This document shows, piece by piece, positions 28,109-37,320 of a DNA stretch of 41,313 bases (position 1 is the stretch's first letter; every line of letters starts with the position of its first letter). The stretch comes from a virus (taxonomy: Duplodnaviria > Caudoviricetes). Both the position numbers and the translations under genes were made by a program. The stretch lies in IMG/VR virus record IMGVR_UViG_3300048852_000102, positions 1 through 41,313 of that record, one strand, 5' to 3'. Below the pieces are notes generated by a model that searched no databases, had not been told where the DNA came from, and saw only the letters and a list, made by a program, of their open reading frames with translations.

Positions 28109-30475
28109 TCATGCGGGCGGGCCCATCATCTCGGCGGGGGCTGCACCCATCGCGCCAGGGTCAAAAGAAAAGGCGCCCGGAGGCGCCTCGATGAGATCGG
28201 TGGGGAGCACCATTGGTGGCGCTTCAGGTTCGGCGGGCGGCTCCAGCGCCGGGGGCGCGGCAGGCGCCATCTCCTCGAGGATCATCGAGACCACCTCGGA
28301 GAGTTGCGCGACGGCGGCGCCGATCGCGTCGAGGCGCGGGTCGGTGGCAGGCGCCGGGGCGCCATCGGCCCCAAGGCGCGGGACGACGGCAGCCGGCTGC
28401 GGACGGGACGCCTCGATCGCGCGGGACTCGGCCTCGATCCGCGCCTTCTCGATCTCGGCCTGGATCTTGAGCACGTCGGCCTGGAGTTTCTCGCGCTCGA
28501 CGCCGAGCTTCTCCATGTCGAGTTGCTGACGACCGGCCTCGATCTGCTGCTGGCGCTCCTGCTGCGCCATAGCCGCCTGCTCCTGCGGCGAGGGCGGCAT
28601 CGGCGGCGGCGGGGGCTCGCCGCTCTCCTCGGCCTCCTGCGCCTGGATCTGGGGCGGCAGCATGGTGCGGATGCGCTTGGCGATCTTGTCCGCCATCGGC
28701 CAGTCTTGCGCCTTGGCTAGGAGGTCGAGGACGAGGGGTGCGAGGTTGGGCGCGGCCGCCACAAGCTGCAGCATGCCGTCGAGCGCGGCTTCGCGCCGGG
28801 TCGTGTAGCTCGGGCCCATCTCCATCGCGACGTCGTAGGCGCCGACCGTGACGTCGTTCTGGATCTTGTCGAGCGGCTGCCCATCCTCGGCGAGGCCGCC
28901 CACCTGGTTGATCTGGACGAGGTCGACCTTGCCGTCCTCACCCACGATCCGAAGCGTCCGGGCCGTGTCGTAGACGTGGGGGATCATCCCGCAGACGATC
29001 GCGCCCGTGTGCCGGATGCTGCGCGAGAAATTCACGATGTAGACGAACGAACCGACATCGCCCTCGCGCTGGCGGGCCTGGATCGCCTTGCCCGAGGTCT
29101 CGTTCGAGCGGGCGCCAAGCGAGGCGTCATAGACGCCCGTGACCGCCTTCATGTCTTCGGCCGCCTCGCGGGTCAGTTCGGCGAGTCCGGCGGAGGCGAT
29201 GGGCGGGGTCGAGCGCTCCGGACGCGCGGTGGGCGACTTCTCGTCGACGTTGTAGGGCAGGAAGGGGTGGTTTGCGCTGTTCGCCGTGTCCCAGATCGCC
29301 TCGTAGCCCTTGAACATCTTCTCGGTGCCGAGGAACGGCGCCTTGGGCTGGAGCGCCACCACCTCCGTCTGGGTCGACCGAGCATAGTTGTAGGCGCGTT
29401 GCGCATCCTTCGCGAACCGGATCACGCCGCGACGGGCCCGACGCTTGCCGATCGTCATCTCGACGCCGACGACCGGCACCACGGGGATGAAGCGGCCGGG
29501 GATCTCGGTGGGACCGTCGAGCACGGCGTTCGCGCTGATCACGTAGCGCTCGACGCGGTGGCCAGGGCGCTTCTCCACCCGCACCCGAGCGCCTTCAGCC
29601 TTGGCCGCATCGATCAGCGCCAGCTTGTCGGCGTGGTCCTCGCCCGCCTCGTCCGTCAGGTCGAGGATCTCGCCGTCGGGCATCAGGGCGAGCGTCTTCT
29701 GGACGGGCGTCTTGGTGTAATACTCGGCGATGCGCACCGTGTCGGCGCCTGCCCACTCGGCCATGCCGGCGGACGACAACTCGCTGTCGCCGATCTCCGC
29801 GGCCGGCTGGTCCGGATAGGTCTCCTCGTAGACCTCCCGGCTCATATCGACCGGCACGAAGCAGAACTTGGCGTCCTCGCGCGTCGGCAGCACCGCATCC
29901 GGGTCCCAGCGGACACCGACACCGTCGGGCACGCCGACGATGCGGATCTCTTGCTCAAACGTCGTGTCAGAGCCGTATTCTGTGATGACCTTCCAGTGCC
30001 CGATGCCGGCACCGACCTGCTGATCCGCAGCAGCGAAGTAGGCCGAGGGCGCGTCCGAGCGGTTCTCGACGTATCGCACCATGCCGGCGATGACGTCCGC
30101 GGTCTCAGGGTCGCCGCGGCTATCCACCGGCACGACCTTGATGGCCGGACGCATCTGGCGAATGTCGCCGGTGATCTGGGCGATGGTGGTCGGCAGCCGG
30201 TTGAACTCGAGGCAGGGACGGCCCTCGTCCTCGCGCGCCTGCTTCTCCCGCGCGGGCCACTGCGCGCCGGGGGTCTCCAGGAAGTCGAGGTCCTCGTAGG
30301 CGTCGGTGCGGTTCTGACGGTCGAACTCGTCGGCGCGGTGCCAGCGCTTCTTCGCCAGGTCGAGCACCTTCGCGAGATCCTCGCCCTTGGTGTCGGCCGA
30401 CGTCTTCGCCGGAGCCTCGGGCACAGCCGGGTCCGCCGCGTCTGCCAGGGCGGCGCGCTTGGTCTTTCTGGCCAT
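28109..30475 (-). CDS. Portal protein, P22-like
   Basis: GRPCLEFNRL, GRFIPVVPV.G, AKDAQRAYNY, SNETSGKAIQARQ, GPSYTTRR; follows terL. Confidence 0.9.
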   Translation of the reverse strand: MARKTKRAALADAADPAVPEAPAKTSADTKGEDLAKVLDLAKKRWHRADEFDRQNRTDAYEDLDFLETPGAQWPAREKQAREDEGRPCLEFNRLPTTIAQITGDIRQMRPAIKVVPVDSRGDPETADVIAGMVRYVENRSDAPSAYFAAADQQVGAGIGHWKVITEYGSDTTFEQEIRIVGVPDGVGVRWDPDAVLPTREDAKFCFVPVDMSREVYEETYPDQPAAEIGDSELSSAGMAEWAGADTVRIAEYYTKTPVQKTLALMPDGEILDLTDEAGEDHADKLALIDAAKAEGARVRVEKRPGHRVERYVISANAVLDGPTEIPGRFIPVVPVVGVEMTIGKRRARRGVIRFAKDAQRAYNYARSTQTEVVALQPKAPFLGTEKMFKGYEAIWDTANSANHPFLPYNVDEKSPTARPERSTPPIASAGLAELTREAAEDMKAVTGVYDASLGARSNETSGKAIQARQREGDVGSFVYIVNFSRSIRHTGAIVCGMIPHVYDTARTLRIVGEDGKVDLVQINQVGGLAEDGQPLDKIQNDVTVGAYDVAMEMGPSYTTRREAALDGMLQLVAAAPNLAPLVLDLLAKAQDWPMADKIAKRIRTMLPPQIQAQEAEESGEPPPPPMPPSPQEQAAMAQQERQQQIEAGRQQLDMEKLGVEREKLQADVLKIQAEIEKARIEAESRAIEASRPQPAAVVPRLGADGAPAPATDPRLDAIGAAVAQLSEVVSMILEEMAPAAPPALEPPAEPEAPPMVLPTDLIEAPPGAFSFDPGAMGAAPAEMMGPPA

Positions 30476-30544
30476 CGTATCAGGCACCCGTCCAGCCGCC
30501 GCGGCGACGGCCGCTTGCGCTACCGATTTTGAGCGGCGCCGACG

Positions 30545-31471
30545 GCTCCTGGAGCCCAGCAGCTCGTTGGTCGCGTCGTGCGGCAGCCAGTGGTCGCCGT
30601 AGACGTAGGTCCGGCCCTGGAGGTGCTTGAGGTAGTGGCCGAGGGCGTGCCCCCGGTTCTGGTAATAGTCGATGATCCGGAACTCGAAGCCGACGACCTG
30701 CGCGAACCAGATCGCGGTCATGTCGGCCCGGCCCAAATCCTAGAACGTGTGCACCGGCTTGGTGCCGTCGTAGGGCACGCGGGTGAAGCGGTTCGCCTCG
30801 GTCGCGGCCAGGATCTCGTTGGCGTAGATCGCGCCGTCGAGCACCACCTTGCAGTGACCATCCCAGACCGTGAGGTAGGCCGCCGGATCGCGCGCCTTGA
30901 GGTCGAGCGCCTCCTGCTTCAGCACCTCCGGGAACCACGGATTGTCCTGCCAGCCGATCTTCACGACCTTGGCGCCCGTGGGCGGGTTCTTCACGAACCG
31001 CTTGTAGGTCTCGTCTTCCTCCAGTTCCGGATTGAAGCTGATCCAGATTTCGGAGCCTTCCTTGCGGATAGTGGGAATCAGCACGTCCCAGGAGGATTTT
31101 GAGACGGTGCGGGCTTCCTCGACCCAGCAGACGTCGATGCCCTCGGTCGACTTCACCGAGGCGACGTTGTGCCGGAGGCCCTTGAAGATGAACTCGGTGC
31201 CGTTGGCGCCGAGGATGCGCTTCTCCTGGGTCTGGTAGAATCCTGAGAGGCCGAGGAGATCGATCTGCTGGCTGAGCAGGGCGTGCGCCGATTCCGCGAT
31301 CGAATTCTGGAACTCGCGGGCGCAGAGCACGCGGATCTTCTTCTGCGCGCCCATGATGAGCAGCGCCCGGCCGAAACCCCACGACTTCGCGCCGCCGCGC
31401 CCGCCGTAAGCGATCTTGTAGCGGGCGGGCTCGAACAGGAAGTCGAGCCGCTCCGGGAACTCAACTGGCAT
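30545..31471 (-). pseudogene. terL: Terminase large subunit (PBSX-type), nonsense at 30740 and 3' deletion
   Basis: YGGRGGAKS Walker A, CAREFQNSI, WVEEA, SFNP; HTF*DLG where W is expected; homology ends after WLPHDA. Confidence 0.88.
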
Positions 31472-31745
31472 CGGAGGGCGCAGGCCGAATGAACTGCACG
31501 GTCAGGCCGACCGGGATCGCGCCGCCGTCGCCGTCGCCATCAACGGGCTGGGTCGGCTTGCCATAGCCGCGGTCGAGGATGGCGTTTGCCGCGGCCACGC
31601 GGGCGGCCTCGCTCTCGCCAGCCGTCGCGATCTGCACGAGGACCGCCAGAGCCGCTTCGGTGTGCTCGCGAGCCGCGTCACGGACGCGCGCGGATGCCTT
31701 CGGGCGACCACCAGGGTTGCCCGACTGCCCAGGTTGGAAAGCCAT
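31461..31745 (-). CDS. terS: Terminase small subunit-like (DUF5681-type N-terminus)
   Basis: FQPGQSGNPGGRPK, ARVAAANAILDRGYGKP; overlaps the terL start. Confidence 0.8.
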   Translation of the reverse strand: MAFQPGQSGNPGGRPKASARVRDAAREHTEAALAVLVQIATAGESEAARVAAANAILDRGYGKPTQPVDGDGDGGAIPVGLTVQFIRPAPSDAS

Positions 31746-31853
31746 TGCTTGGGCCTTGTTCTCAGAGGGTCGATCAGCCCGTCCGCCGCTCGCAGGGTGT
31801 AAGACGGGAGTGGGTCGCCTGAACCCTGCCGACCTTGAAGGCGGCCCCGGTCT

Positions 31854-32174
31854 CTATCGGGCGCCGCATCCAATGCAGATGTCGTGCACCACGCGCTCGC
31901 GCTTCGGTCCCGTCGCCTGATTAGGCAGGCGGCCGCCGGTATCTCGGACGGCTCCTTGGCCAGTCAGCATCCACGGCCGTTTGACCGGCGTGTCATCTAC
32001 ACCGCGGGGCGGTTCAGGCACCTGCCGCTCAATCAGCGCCAAACCCTGCGTGCCTGCGATGTTAGGCGTCTGAGGCTCCTGCCGCTCAATGAGCGCCATA
32101 CCCTGTGCAGATGCGCTGCCTGACATGAGGAGGCCGAACAGCAAAGCGCAGACCGATCGGTTTGGTGCAGCCAT
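31854..32174 (-). CDS. Small secreted protein with C-terminal ICIGC
   Basis: Signal peptide, QG.ALIERQ twice, GGAGG RBS. Confidence 0.7.
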   Translation of the reverse strand: MAAPNRSVCALLFGLLMSGSASAQGMALIERQEPQTPNIAGTQGLALIERQVPEPPRGVDDTPVKRPWMLTGQGAVRDTGGRLPNQATGPKRERVVHDICIGCGAR

Positions 32175-32195
32175 CGACGCCTCCTGTCGGCACTA

Positions 32196-32220
32196 AACGC
32201 CGCGCCTGAGCCGTTGGTTC
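32196..32220 (-). promoter_or_regulatory. Sigma-EcfG-type promoter
   Basis: Minus strand GAAC-N17-CGTT, 21 bp upstream of 32174. Confidence 0.55.
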
Positions 32221-32228
32221 GCGCGGTG

Positions 32229-32501
32229 TCAGGCCGCCACGCGGAGAGTGTTGGGCGAGCCGCCGAGGTCGTCGGTCGGTAGGCCGCGGGAGGGGACCAC
32301 GCCGACCTCCCAGAGCGAGTGCCCGAGGTGCTTCAGTGCGTAAGCATGAGCATCCGCGGCGCAGCCGAATTTCTCGGCACGCTCGACGCTCTTCGTCCAG
32401 ATCAGCGGGCGCCAGCCGTTGGCCTTATCGCCTGCAGTGTCGGAGTGCGCGAGGAAGCGCCGGGACGTGCCGGCGCCGAAACGGACAGCGTAGACTATCA
32501 C
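32229..32501 (-). CDS. Hypothetical phage protein
   Basis: GTGA-coupled to 32498-32707. Confidence 0.55.
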   Translation of the reverse strand: MIVYAVRFGAGTSRRFLAHSDTAGDKANGWRPLIWTKSVERAEKFGCAADAHAYALKHLGHSLWEVGVVPSRGLPTDDLGGSPNTLRVAA

Positions 32502-32707
32502 AGCCGGATCCTCGTGAGAACGTCGCGGGCGACCTCCGCCAGGACGGCGCTGGCCTCATCGCGGGGCGTGGTGTCGAGCAGGGCGACCGGCTCCGGTAGG
32601 GGGCGGAGGATGCCCTTGCGTCGGAGGTGTGCGCCGTAGGCCGTGGCCGCGGGCTCGATGCGGCCGAGGCTGATCGCCTCGTCACGGGAGACGGGGCGGG
32701 CGGTCAT
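32498..32707 (-). CDS. Hypothetical phage protein
   Basis: ATGA-coupled to the ancestral stop of the recombinase. Confidence 0.55.
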   Translation of the reverse strand: MTARPVSRDEAISLGRIEPAATAYGAHLRRKGILRPLPEPVALLDTTPRDEASAVLAEVARDVLTRIRL

Positions 32708-33650
32708 AGAAACTTGCGTCCGGCGTGGTCGTCGAAGGCGCGGGCGCGCGGTCGTATTTCTGCAGCGTCGTCACCGCGGTGTGCCGGGTGACGTGCATGA
32801 CCTTGAGGACGTCGGCCCCGGCGGCGAGCGCCGAGGTGACGAAGCCGGCGCGCAGTGAGTGGCCCGAGAACAGCGAGGCATCGAGCCCAGCCGCGCCAAC
32901 GTGGCGCTTCACGATATCTGCCACCGAGCGATCGGTGAGCCGGTCGGCGCCAACCCGCCCGCCCTTGTTGATGGGGCGGAACACCGGGCCGACCGTGATC
33001 TTCGCCGCCGCGAGCCATGCGTCGAGCGCGTCGCACGGCTTCAGCTTCCCGCCGCGCGGCACCGCGATCTCCTGGCCCTGGCCATGCTGGTCCGTTTTCG
33101 AGCGGCGGACGTGGACGATGATGCCGTCCGGCACGCGCTCCAGGTCGGCGACGTCGAGCGCCACGAGTTCGGAGCGCCGGAGCGCCGCCGCGAAGCCGAT
33201 CAGCAGGAGTGCACGGTCCCGCGCGCCGGACAGATCGTCCGGGATCTTGCGCAGCGCCTTCTTCAGGGTCTCGGCCGTGACAGGCGCCTTGCGGACCTGG
33301 CGGGTGCCGAGCGTCCGCCGGACGCCGCGCTGCGTTGCCTTCACCGCCTCCGAGGCGGTCGGGACGTCGAACCCGCCCGCCCGGTGCACCGCGGCGATCG
33401 CAGCGATGTGCAGGTTGATCGTCGCCGGCTTCCGGCCGGTGTCCGCGAGGTGGGCGACGTAGGCCGCCACCGCCGTCGGTTCGGCCGGCACCGGGTTGGC
33501 CCCGACGCTCCGGCACCAGGTCACGAACATCCCGAAGGCGGAGGCGTAGGCCTTACGGGTCCGGTCCGACCGCGCTTTCGCAGCGTAGGCCCTGGCCCGG
33601 TCGAGCGACACGACCTCCGCCGGTGCGGCGGGCACCGGCAGAAGGTTCAT
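32704..33650 (-). CDS. Cre-like tyrosine recombinase/resolvase with a 1-nt frameshift just after the catalytic Tyr
   Basis: RDRALLLIGFAAALRRSEL, RRSKTDQ, FSGHSLRAG, TRH, LQKY; the ancestral tail RARAFDDHAGRKFL is in another frame and ends at 32704 (current stop 32682). Confidence 0.88.
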
Positions 33651-33752
33651 CGCTTTTGATCCGGATTTGATACGGACGCCAAACCGGCCGGAAAATCAAA
33701 GCCGGCTGGCGACTTGGCCTCTTGATTGGGTTTTGATCCGAAGGCCCAAATA

Positions 33753-33780
33753 GCTTCCGACAACAAAACTTAGCGGAAGC
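33753..33780. other. Putative recombinase core site (11-6-11)
   Basis: GCTTCCGACAA-CAAAAC-TTAGCGGAAGC; arms match 9/11; ~100 bp upstream of the recombinase. Confidence 0.65.
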
Positions 33781-33795
33781 AGAGTTGAGAGCGGA

Positions 33796-34047
33796 TCAGC
33801 CCGCTTTCCGAGCCCGCGGCATCCGCAGTTCGACGCTGAACGAGCGCCCGCCGAATGTGCGACGGCCGGTGCCGAGCGACAGCATCTCAGGGATGCCGAC
33901 CTGACGCCGGCCCTTGCTCACGAGGGCAAGGATGCGCTTGCAGTGCGCGTCCTTCGCTTCGAGGTACTCGGCTTGATCGCGGAAGCGCCGACGGCAGAAG
34001 GCTTCGGCCTCCTGCTCAATCGCCGTGAGAGTGGCGTGCGCGCTCAT
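33796..34047 (-). CDS. Hypothetical phage protein
   Basis: MSAHATLTAIEQEAEAFCRRRF...; first ORF after the late promoter. Confidence 0.55.
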   Translation of the reverse strand: MSAHATLTAIEQEAEAFCRRRFRDQAEYLEAKDAHCKRILALVSKGRRQVGIPEMLSLGTGRRTFGGRSFSVELRMPRARKAG

Positions 34048-34143
34048 CGGGGGCCGATCATGGCACAAGGGTCCGCCCGCGTCTGCCGGAGCAACGCTTA
34101 AGCCGGTGGGCGGTTCGCGATGTGGTGGAGGGGAGCGGACGGC

Positions 34144-34175
34144 AAAACGCCCGGTGGCTGTGAAGCCCCGGGCGT
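34144..34175 (-). terminator. Terminator-like hairpin directly after late promoter copy 1
   Basis: ACGCCCGG-GGCTTCACAGCCA-CCGGGCGTTTT. Confidence 0.55.
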
Positions 34176-34176
34176 G

Positions 34177-34223
34177 CGTCTCGCGTCACTAATCAGATGC
34201 AGGGTTTTGCCTCAGGGGTCAAG
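34177..34223 (-). promoter_or_regulatory. Putative late promoter, copy 1
   Basis: CTTGACCCCTGAGGCAAAAC-N18-CGCGAGACG, upstream of the packaging operon. Confidence 0.65.
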
Positions 34224-34465
34224 CCAACTACGCCGCGCTAGGGATGACATCCTAGTTGCCGGGCCCTCAGCCATTCCAGTAGTCAGTCAAAGCGTGGCTT
34301 AATGTCACATCTTGTCTATACGGCATTCCGCGACATGAACTACGATAATTAAGCTTGGCAATAAAATGTTCCAACGCAAAAATCAGGCTCGATTAACGCA
34401 TGATTGGGAAATGATACTGCTTTCGAGTATCGTGTTAACGCAACCATCATTTGAGAGTGAGTTAG

Positions 34466-35680
34466 ATGACCGATATCGTAGGGACAAACGGCCCCGATAC
34501 GCTGACCGGGACAGCCGCAAACGACATCATTCTCGGCCTGCTCGGCAACGACACAATCTCCGACCCGGGTGGTTTTAATCGGATTGATGGTCAGGGCGGG
34601 GACGATACGATCACTGGCGGTATCAATGTAGATTTTATCGCCGGAGGGTTGGGCGATGATCTAATTCGGGGCGGCGCCGGCTCTGATCAAATCATTGGCG
34701 AAGCTGGCAACGACACGATCTATACGGATGATGGTGACGACTACGCTGCAGGCAACCCTGGAAATGACATCCTCTATGGCGCCGCCGGCAATGACTTCCT
34801 AGTTGGCGAAGCAGGGCAGGATCAGGTCTACGGCCAAGAAGGTAATGACTTCGTTGCTGGTGGCGACGACGATGATGTTGTGGATGGCGGAGATGGCGAT
34901 GACCTCGTCGACGGCGATCTTGGCAATGACAACCTGTTCGGTGGATCTGGTAAAGACGTTCTCTACGGAGATGCAGGCGACGATCGTATACAAGGTGGTG
35001 ACGGAGACGACCAGGCCTTAGGGGGCCTCGGTGTTGATGTCATCTTTGGAGAACTTGGTGATGACATCCTCAAAGCGGAGGATGGAAACGACTTCGTTGG
35101 CGCGGGTGCGGGCAACGACTTCGTCTCTGGTGGGGACGGTGATGATTTTCTGTTCGGCGAGGATGGCGGCGACTTTATATTTGGTGATGCTGGCAACGAC
35201 CGCATCGAAGCAGGCACCGGAGACGACAACGTACTAGGTGGGTTCGGCAACGACGTCGTGTTCGGACAGACTGGAAACGACCAGCTTCAAGGCCAAGATG
35301 GCAACGATTTCTTGGGCGCGGGCGATGGCAATGATGCTTTGTCAGGTGGTGCTGGTATCGATTCACTATACGGCGAGGCTGGCAACGATGCGTTGTTTGG
35401 CAATGCCGGCAACGACGAACTGGTGGGAGGAGAGGGCAGCGACAGCTTCAACTTCGGGCGTGGTGATGGTTCCGACATAATCCGCGACTTTACCGCAGGC
35501 GATAGCAGCGGAGATGTCATTGCCTTCAATGGTGGTGTCTTCTCCACATTCAGCCAGGTGCAAAATGCCAGCCAACAGGTTGGAGCAGATGTGGTCATTA
35601 GTTATGGAGTAGGCGATGCCATAACTCTCCAGAACGTATCATTGTCTAGCCTCAATCAGGGCGATTTCTTGTTCGCTTAA
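34466..35680 (+). CDS. RTX / hemolysin-type Ca-binding repeat protein (cargo)
   Basis: Continuous GGxGxDxxx nonapeptides over ~330 aa; C-terminal ITLQNV..LNQGDFLFA type I secretion-like end. Confidence 0.92.
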   Translation: MTDIVGTNGPDTLTGTAANDIILGLLGNDTISDPGGFNRIDGQGGDDTITGGINVDFIAGGLGDDLIRGGAGSDQIIGEAGNDTIYTDDGDDYAAGNPGNDILYGAAGNDFLVGEAGQDQVYGQEGNDFVAGGDDDDVVDGGDGDDLVDGDLGNDNLFGGSGKDVLYGDAGDDRIQGGDGDDQALGGLGVDVIFGELGDDILKAEDGNDFVGAGAGNDFVSGGDGDDFLFGEDGGDFIFGDAGNDRIEAGTGDDNVLGGFGNDVVFGQTGNDQLQGQDGNDFLGAGDGNDALSGGAGIDSLYGEAGNDALFGNAGNDELVGGEGSDSFNFGRGDGSDIIRDFTAGDSSGDVIAFNGGVFSTFSQVQNASQQVGADVVISYGVGDAITLQNVSLSSLNQGDFLFA

Positions 35681-35742
35681 CTAGACAAGCGTAGATCAAG
35701 GACGGCAGCCGGGCCATCGTTCGGCTGTCATCTTTGTGCCGT

Positions 35743-36358
35743 TCATACTCGGGCGTCCCGCGCCGCGGGGATCCGCTGCTCTTCCGGCCCAGTCGCGGTG
35801 TATAGCGCCTCGGTCAGATCCTTGAGCCGCTTCCGGAAGCAGTCGCCCACCTTGTTGATCTGGACCTCGGCGGATTGGATCCCAGCATAGGTGGAGAAGG
35901 TATGCCCCTCAACGAGGAAGCGTTTAAGCACCGCGACGCCGGTCCAGGCGATGGCGGCGATCCGGTCGTTGAAGGCGGCGACCTTAGCGGCACCGTCGAG
36001 AGCATAGATGATCGACAGCTCGTGCGCGCCGGTCTGGTCTCGCGAGCCAGAGGGATCGAAGCCGTGCCGGCCCATACGCGCGCCGGACTGCTTCCCCCAG
36101 GCCTCCTGACAGAGCCGGTCGACGAAGGAACACGGCCTCGCTCAGACGGCCGGCGGAGCGCTCTCGGGCGAGCACATCGACATACCAATTCACGGTGACG
36201 GCGATGCGCTCGTTCGCATAGTACGGGCACGGCACAACCCGGCTGCCCGGCACCACTGCGAAATCGCGGGCCATGCGCGGGGCCGGACGGTGAGAGGAAG
36301 CCGCGCGGTGGCTCTTCTTGGACGCGGAAATCGAAATGGACGAAGCGACGATAGACAC
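35743..36358 (-). pseudogene. Putative late regulator (DUF6456-like, at the Q position), frameshift near 36125
   Basis: DVLARERSAGRLSEA.F continues in another frame as QEAWGKQSG..VLKRFLVEG..VGDCFRKRLKDL; last phage gene before the late promoter. Confidence 0.5.
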
Positions 36359-36624
36359 GAGCCAGACCTCAATCGGGGCACGATCGTGATTGCGCCCGGT
36401 GACATCATGGGTCGATCGTCCGTTTTCTCATTGTCAAGGACGTGACCTGCGATCGGATTTCCTCATAGTAGACGGCCATATGGCCAGCACTTCGAAGCAA
36501 TGAAAATGAATTTCTTCAGAATCTAATGTATAGAAGTTTTAAAACGCAAAAGGGGATAAACGGTCCTGCGCGGAGTGCAACAAATTCGCATGATTGCATG
36601 GAAGTGCTCGCCATAATCAAAGAA

Positions 36625-37316
36625 ATGCGCAATCTCTGCTCTGTTACCTTTGCGTTAGGTGTGCTTCCAATCGCTCCGGTTTTAGCTCGAAAAGCGCCCG
36701 GCAAATATCCCGCTTGTGATGTAGACAATCCTCCCGCAAAATGCGCAGATAATATGTATGTAGAGATTGTTGCTGCGTTAGCTCCGAATACTGGCCGGTT
36801 GGTTGACACAAGCCAGCCGGGGTGTGGGGCCGGCAACACGAAGAGCCTCGTCAAGCAGGCGTTGAATGCAATGACGACATCAAGCTCTAAAGATAGCCTG
36901 AAATCATTTTCTAGCGATTTATTTTCTCTGGTTTTAGAGACTGTTTCTGATGACATAATACGGAACACTGGCGGCGCCGTGAATGATTTTTTGCAAATAA
37001 ATGCAGCTAAGAAAAAGATGCGAGTTGCGTACCTGTTGCAGCACTAATTCCTGCATCATCTGATTTGATTGGCGTAAGATTATTCGTACATGACATTGAT
37101 GCAGCACATCCGTGTTATTGGAAAGGCTGCGTAACGAGGATAGATTTCAGCATTGGGTATTGCAAATACATGGCTAGGCCAGAAAAATTATCATCGGACA
37201 GCGGGACCGCGATTGTTACGACATTTGCCAACTGGTCGCATGACGGCCGACGCGTGGGGCACATGTATCTATATTACACGATGCCACGCGGTCAGAAGCT
37301 GGCTCCAAAAATCTAA
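36625..37316 (+). pseudogene. AT-rich secreted Cys-rich protein split at an A-run (37012-37016)
   Basis: Signal-like MRNLCSVTFALGVLPIAPVLA; the -1 frame continues DASCVPVAALIP...FANWSHDGRR to 37316. Confidence 0.6.
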
Positions 37317-37320
37317 AGTG

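Noticed and set aside
22484-30532. Long antisense ORFs (22484-24448, 28976-30532; also 4912-6306, 9026-10342)
   Set aside because: High-GC shadows of recognisable genes, with no motifs.
15191-34223. Functional gene transfer agent or tailocin
   Set aside because: No capsid, tube or sheath genes, terL is broken, and integrase/replication remnants indicate an ordinary prophage.
34466-35680. CRISPR-like or DGR-like periodic repeats
   Set aside because: 27-bp periodicity is RTX coding. No cas, reverse transcriptase or TR/VR pair is seen anywhere in the window.
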